Below, one piece after another: positions 59,111 to 64,000 of a stretch of 64,000 bases of DNA. Position 1 is the first letter of the stretch, and each line of letters begins with the position of its first letter. Both the position numbers and the translations under genes were made by a program. The notes under the pieces are model-generated. The model was given only the letters and a program-made list of their open reading frames with translations, was not told the origin of the DNA and ran no database searches. The stretch lies in the NCBI GenBank assembly GCA_965248575.1, contig CBDFJQ010000002.1, forward strand, positions 2,368,001 through 2,432,000. Direction: 5' to 3'. Origin of the DNA: Planctomycetota bacterium (GTDB lineage: Bacteria > Planctomycetota > B15-G4).

Positions 59111-59845
59111 ATGCGCACCACGAGCTGTCTCAGCCTTGCCCTCTGCACCGCAGCCCTGCTTTCGGGTGGAGCCACCGCCCAACGCGAAGAGGGCGGAGAA
59201 CGCACTCAGGATCACGCCGCCGAGCGAACCCGCGAAGCCGCTCGGGAGCACACGCAGGACGCTGAGCACACACGCGGTACTCACGAAGGCAAGGAGCTGG
59301 GACCCGCCGAGGCCCGCCGGGCCGCCGAGCAGAAAGCCAAGGAGCACGCGGGTGATGCGCGCAAGGGTGCTGCGCCCAACCACCGTGTCATCGCGGCGGA
59401 GATCGCCTCCGCAGAGACGCACCACCGAGGCCGCATGGCCAAGCTCAAGCGACTGAAGGTGTTGGCCGAGAAGGCCAAGCAAGACGGCCGCGTGAAGGAG
59501 ATCAACGATCTCCAGCACACGGAACTCCGCCACCACGAGCAGGTGCTCGCAAAGTTGCGCTCGAAGTTGGGTCGTGAGGGCCAGGCTGCCGCAGACCGCG
59601 CCACGGGGCACGGGCGCGAAGCCAAGGAGAAAGATCCCGCCGGACGTCGCAAGGCCCTTGAGCAGTGGGAGAAGACGCACCCGGGCCGCGGCCATGGTGT
59701 CGAAACCCACGGCCGTGCAACCCGCGGCGCCAAGGATGCTCGCGGACGTGCCGAAGAGGCTGCGCGCGGCCACACCAAGGAGGCCAAGGACGCTGTCCGC
59801 AAGCAGACCGACAAGAAGGAAAAACGCGAAGGACGCGACGGTTAA
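59111..59845 (+). CDS. Secreted highly charged helical hypothetical protein
   Basis: Signal peptide MRTTSCLSLALCTAALLSGGATAQ followed by E/R/K/H/A-rich sequence. Confidence 0.65.
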   Translation: MRTTSCLSLALCTAALLSGGATAQREEGGERTQDHAAERTREAAREHTQDAEHTRGTHEGKELGPAEARRAAEQKAKEHAGDARKGAAPNHRVIAAEIASAETHHRGRMAKLKRLKVLAEKAKQDGRVKEINDLQHTELRHHEQVLAKLRSKLGREGQAAADRATGHGREAKEKDPAGRRKALEQWEKTHPGRGHGVETHGRATRGAKDARGRAEEAARGHTKEAKDAVRKQTDKKEKREGRDG

Positions 59846-59888
59846 GTCGCCCCTCTCCCCCTACCCACACCAATACGAGACCAATCAG

Positions 59889-60134
59889 ATGAAACACCGA
59901 CTTCCCTATGCGCTTCCCGCCGCCTTGGCTGCGGCCCTGTTTCTCCCTGCCTGTGGAGACAAGGCTTCCTCCGACGGCGGAGACTCCGAGGCTGCAAGCG
60001 TGGACGCGGCCTTCGCTGAAGAGCCCATCCCCAGCCAGGACGTCGCCGATGCCGCTGCCGAGGCAGCCATCGACGAGAGCAACGCTGACGAGGCCTTTGA
60101 GGCCCTGAAGGCAGAGATCGAAGAGGACGGCTAA
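59889..60134 (+). CDS. Small acidic lipoprotein
   Basis: MKHR + hydrophobic stretch + LPAC lipobox; D/E/A-rich tail. Confidence 0.65.
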   Translation: MKHRLPYALPAALAAALFLPACGDKASSDGGDSEAASVDAAFAEEPIPSQDVADAAAEAAIDESNADEAFEALKAEIEEDG

Positions 60135-60220
60135 CGCCTGCTTCGCTCGTCGTCGCGGGTCGGCTCAGTCAGTTGGGCCGGCGCGCGCGGCGCATCAGAA
60201 GTGGAAACGCCGACCCCGCA

Positions 60221-61384
60221 CTAGTGCGCCCGGAGGGCGTCCACGGGCCGGAGTCGCGCTGCGCGCCAGGCAGGCAGAGCGCCGCCCAGCAGACCCAGGA
60301 CGAAGGCCAGCAGGAACGAAGTCCCTACGAGTTTCGGAGTCACCTGGAACGCGAAGGACACGTCCGTGAAGGTGTTGAAGTTGGTCATGCCCGTACCCAG
60401 TCCATCGAAGGGCATGGTGAGCAAGACGCCGGCCCCGCCCCCGACCACTCCGATCAGGGCTGCCTCCAGCAAGAACGTCACGAAGATCGAGAGCCGGCTG
60501 TAACCCACTGCCAACAAGACGCCGATCTCGTGGGTGCGTGACGCCACGGACGCGAGCATGGTGTTGACTGCACCCAGCACAGCCGAACTCCCCATGACCA
60601 GCGTGAGGAAGAAGGCGAGCCCCTGGAGGATTCCGCCCAAGCCCGTGGTCTGGGCCTCCAGATACTCGCGCTCGGATTGGAGCTCGACGGTCGAGCGACG
60701 GTCCTCCGACAGGGCAGTCTTCACCGCCTCCATATCCGTGCCGTCCCGCATGCGGGCCACGATGCGCTGGAAGCCAGGGCGGTCGAGGGCGTCCAACATG
60801 CGATCCACATCGCCCCAGACCTCGCTGCCTTGGGCCCCGCCATGCTGGAACACGCCGACCACCTTGAAGGGCGTGAGGTTGAGGGTGATCGTGTCGCCCA
60901 CCAACGCGTTCTTCATGCGCGTCGTCATGGGCTTGCCGATCACCACCTCATCGGTGCCGAACTCGAACCAACGCCCCTCCAAGAGCTGCACGTCATCCCC
61001 CATGATCTCCAACGACAGGGGCTGGATGCCGCGCAAAGGCACGTTGGTGAGGTCGCCGTCCTGGGCCTCCATGTACACCGCCAGGAAACTCTCGGCCGCA
61101 GCGAGTGGGCGCCCATCCGCCGAGCGAGCGATCTCCGGACGTTCCTTCATGACGACGTCAACGATGTCCCGGGTGATCCAGCTTTCCCCTTCGCTGGAAG
61201 CGCCGGGGCGCAGGTACACGCCGATGGACTCGTCGCCGCGGACTCGGTAGACGGACTCGAAGCCGTCGCGCAAGGCAATCACGCCGGCGAACACTGCAAC
61301 CGTGCAGGCGATGCCCAGCATCGTCAACAGAGCCGACGAGCGGCGGACCATGACATTGCGCACCGTGTATCGCAGGGGAAGCAT
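60221..61384 (-). CDS. ABC transporter permease (MacB/FtsX family)
   Basis: N-terminal TM, periplasmic domain, NTMLASVASRTHEIGVLLAVG, PAWRAARL.P..ALR. Confidence 0.9.
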   Translation of the reverse strand: MLPLRYTVRNVMVRRSSALLTMLGIACTVAVFAGVIALRDGFESVYRVRGDESIGVYLRPGASSEGESWITRDIVDVVMKERPEIARSADGRPLAAAESFLAVYMEAQDGDLTNVPLRGIQPLSLEIMGDDVQLLEGRWFEFGTDEVVIGKPMTTRMKNALVGDTITLNLTPFKVVGVFQHGGAQGSEVWGDVDRMLDALDRPGFQRIVARMRDGTDMEAVKTALSEDRRSTVELQSEREYLEAQTTGLGGILQGLAFFLTLVMGSSAVLGAVNTMLASVASRTHEIGVLLAVGYSRLSIFVTFLLEAALIGVVGGGAGVLLTMPFDGLGTGMTNFNTFTDVSFAFQVTPKLVGTSFLLAFVLGLLGGALPAWRAARLRPVDALRAH

Positions 61385-62595
61385 CAGCCATCGCTCCTAA
61401 AGGCATCGGCGGGTTGCAGGCGGCCCAACCCGATAGCGGGCCCGAGACCGGCGACCACTCCCACGAGCACGGTGACGGCGCTGGCCAGCAGCACCGTGGA
61501 GAACTCCACGGCATAACCCGGGATGGCCCCGCCGATCGCCCAGCTCATGCGGTCCTCGAAGGCCGTGGCAATCAGGATTCCCAGCGCACCGCCCGTGAGA
61601 CACAAGACCAAGGACTCCACCAGCAGCAACCGCGCCACGCTCATGTTGCTGAAACCCAGCGCCTTCAGGATGCCCGCCTCCCCCCGTCGCTGGCGCCCCG
61701 CCATGATCATCGTGTTGACCACCGAGAACAGCACCGCAAACACGATCGCCCCACCGATGCCACCCATGAAAGCCGGGACATTGCCAAGCATCGAGGCAAA
61801 GAAGGACTGGAAGACCGCCTCGGTGGATGTCTTGGTGCGTTGCGGACCGTTCTCGAACAGCTTGTCGATGGACTGGCTCACGGCCCCTGGGTCAGCAGTC
61901 GGCAGGAGGTTCACGGCATAGACCCCCGTGCCCAGGCCATCGGTGGCCCCCTCAGCCTCCAGCGTCTCGCGCAGGTAGTCGAAGCGAAAGAACAGCTGCC
62001 GTGTGTCGAAGTTTGATTTGAGCGGTTCGTAGACCCCGACGATCACGAAGTCCCAGGCGCTGCGATCCTCCTTCACGAAGATGCGCGGGAGAATGGGCAC
62101 GGTGTCGCCCACCTTCCATCCGTTCTCGCGCACGAGACCCGGGCCGATGATGGCTGCCCGGCGCTCCCCGTTCATGGCGGCCTGGACGGCCTCCCGTGCG
62201 GTTTCACCCGTGCTGCCACCTGGGCCCTCGACGATGCGCATGTCCTTCGCATACATGTCGAGCAGGCGCTCATGGTCGACTCCGAACTGCGCAAACGGCT
62301 GCTCGTCCTCCTTGAAGTAGCCGCCGAACCACTGGAAGACCGTCACGTCTTCCACGCCCGGCACGGCAACGATCTTTTCCTGGTAGCCGAGGGGGAGTTC
62401 CACGAAGAGCGATACCGCCGATTGCACGATCAGGCGCTGGGTGGCTTCGGAGTTCACCGCTTTCTCGAGCGAAGTCACGATGGAGACGACAAAGCACAGC
62501 AGGAACATCGCCAGGGTGATGGCCGCCACCGTCAGCCCGCTGCGCATCCAGTGCTGCGTCAGGTGCTTGCGCACCAAGATCAGGTTGGACCTCAT
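61384..62595 (-). CDS. ABC transporter permease (MacB/FtsX family)
   Basis: RSGLT..., NTMIMAGRQRRGEAGILKALGF, C-terminal TMs. Confidence 0.9.
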   Translation of the reverse strand: MRSNLILVRKHLTQHWMRSGLTVAAITLAMFLLCFVVSIVTSLEKAVNSEATQRLIVQSAVSLFVELPLGYQEKIVAVPGVEDVTVFQWFGGYFKEDEQPFAQFGVDHERLLDMYAKDMRIVEGPGGSTGETAREAVQAAMNGERRAAIIGPGLVRENGWKVGDTVPILPRIFVKEDRSAWDFVIVGVYEPLKSNFDTRQLFFRFDYLRETLEAEGATDGLGTGVYAVNLLPTADPGAVSQSIDKLFENGPQRTKTSTEAVFQSFFASMLGNVPAFMGGIGGAIVFAVLFSVVNTMIMAGRQRRGEAGILKALGFSNMSVARLLLVESLVLCLTGGALGILIATAFEDRMSWAIGGAIPGYAVEFSTVLLASAVTVLVGVVAGLGPAIGLGRLQPADAFRSDG

Positions 62596-63287
62596 GAGGG
62601 CGCGCCCTCCGTAGAGTCCACGAGCACCCCCTTGTCGAGGTTCACCGTGCGCCGGGCCCGCTCTCCAACCATGGTGTCATGGGTCACCACGGCGAAGGTC
62701 TTGCCGAGCTCCGTGTTGAGGCGCTGGAGCAGCTCCATGATGGACGTCGCGCTCTCGCGGTCGAGGTCACCTGTGGGCTCGTCCGCCAGGATCAGGTCGG
62801 GGTCCGTGGCGATGGCCCGCGCGATGGCAACCCGTTGCTCCTGGCCGCCCGACAGTTGCTTGGGCCGGTGGGTCATGCGGTCGGCAAGCCCGACCACATC
62901 GAGGGCAAACTCGGCCTGCTTGCGCCGCTCCTTCGCACTCAGAGGCGTCAGCAACAACGGCAACATGACGTTCTCGAGCGCCGTCAGGACCGGCATCAGG
63001 TTGAAGGACTGGAAAACGAAACCGATGTGTTTGCTGCGCCAACGAGCGAGGGCTCCCGACGACATGCTCCCCAGTTCGCTCCCGGCTACGATGACCTTGC
63101 CGGAGTCCGGGACGTCCAAGCCCCCGACGATGTTGAGGATGGTGCTCTTGCCCGAACCGCTAGGGCCCATGAGCGCCACGAAGTCCCCGGCCTCCACCTG
63201 GAAGTCCAACGCATCCAAGACCGTGAGTGTCTCGTTGCCCCGCGAGTAGCGCTTGGAGACGCCCTGCATGTCGATCATGAGTTCCAT
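62592..63287 (-). CDS. ABC transporter ATP-binding protein (LolD/MacB-like)
   Basis: GPSGSGKST, GFVFQ, LSGGQEQRVAIARA, ILADEPTGDLD, VTHD. Confidence 0.95.
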   Translation of the reverse strand: MELMIDMQGVSKRYSRGNETLTVLDALDFQVEAGDFVALMGPSGSGKSTILNIVGGLDVPDSGKVIVAGSELGSMSSGALARWRSKHIGFVFQSFNLMPVLTALENVMLPLLLTPLSAKERRKQAEFALDVVGLADRMTHRPKQLSGGQEQRVAIARAIATDPDLILADEPTGDLDRESATSIMELLQRLNTELGKTFAVVTHDTMVGERARRTVNLDKGVLVDSTEGAPS

Positions 63288-63322
63288 GAGCTCGCTTCGC
63301 CTTGCCGTGGGGTCAGATGGTT

Positions 63323-64000
63323 CTAGGAATCGGAGGCGAGGCGTACGGCCGTGCCGTCCAGGAGATCGGGAGCCGGACTGAGCACGACTCGTTCATTGCC
63401 GCTCAGCCCTGCGATGACATTCGTCTCGCCGGCAACGGTATCACCTTCGACCTCGATGGCTCGGCGCGCTACGACCTCCCCCTCGAGCACGAACACGAAG
63501 AGCTCAGCGTCTTGCCCGACGATCGCCTTGGTGGGCACGAAGACACCCGGAGCGGCAGCTTCGTCTGCCTCGTCCTCTTCCGTCAGGAAGACGGCTCGCA
63601 CACCGAGCTCAGGCAGGATCCGCGCATCCCGCTTCAAGAACTCGACGCGCACCTCGACGGTGGCCTTGGTGCGGTCGGCCATGGGCCAGATCTGTCGCAC
63701 ACGACCCGGGTACGCGTCGGTGGGAAACGCGTCCAGATAGATGCGCACCGGCGCCCCCTCGCGGGCCACCGCCAACGTGCTCTGGGAGAGCTCCACCTGG
63801 ACCTCCAGGGTGTCGAAATCCACCAGGGTCGCCACGGCACCACGCGAGGTGGGCCCAATCCCCCCGAGGGCCGACACGACCTCACCCACTTCGGCATCCT
63901 TCGCCGTGATGATCCCCGCGAAGGGTGCATACACCGAGGACTTGTCGATGCGCACCTCGATGGCCTGCAGGGACGCTCTCAGCGCCAGCAGCCCGGCCCG
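63323..64000 (-). CDS. Periplasmic adaptor (membrane fusion protein, MacA-like); 5' end lies outside the window
   Basis: VYAPFAGII...VGEVV, LEVQVEL, GRVRQIWPMADRTKATVEVRV, GLSGNERVV. Confidence 0.88.
   Translation of the reverse strand, partial: RAGLLALRASLQAIEVRIDKSSVYAPFAGIITAKDAEVGEVVSALGGIGPTSRGAVATLVDFDTLEVQVELSQSTLAVAREGAPVRIYLDAFPTDAYPGRVRQIWPMADRTKATVEVRVEFLKRDARILPELGVRAVFLTEEDEADEAAAPGVFVPTKAIVGQDAELFVFVLEGEVVARRAIEVEGDTVAGETNVIAGLSGNERVVLSPAPDLLDGTAVRLASDS

Noticed and set aside
1..64000. tRNA, rRNA, integrase, transposase or prophage genes
   Set aside because: None recognised by eye and no obvious compositional island; a covariance-model scan was not possible.

Overview
GC-rich (roughly two-thirds G+C, judged by eye), gene-dense chromosomal window. 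It is most likely from a Planctomycetota bacterium, given the planctomycete cytochrome c/PSCyt2/PSD1 protein, two DUF1501 proteins, sulfatases and a kinase-ECF pair. About 44 CDSs are supported; I saw no rRNA, tRNA, CRISPR array or mobile element. Recognisable genes include ftsH, dbpA, a YigZ/IMPACT protein, a UDG-like glycosylase, a nitrilase, an animal-type heme peroxidase, an ArsR-SRPBCC pair, a Tm-1-like pair and a MacAB-type ABC exporter. Main observations: (1) a hidden selenoprotein at 12208-12753 (-), split in two by the ORF track, reads through an in-frame TGA to give a lipoprotein thioredoxin-like U-E-G-C motif with a SECIS-like hairpin directly downstream; (2) a Ser/Thr kinase / ECF sigma / orphan / exported TPR-CHAT protease locus at 35.5-42.7 kb, where kinase and protease share a VERG(S/G)S motif, suggesting a proteolysis-phosphorylation relay; (3) three unrelated secreted enzymes ending in a similar ~120-aa domain with a terminal SNA motif, a candidate lineage-specific sorting domain; (4) several enzymes with substituted catalytic residues. 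All family calls are by motif recognition; no database searches were run.
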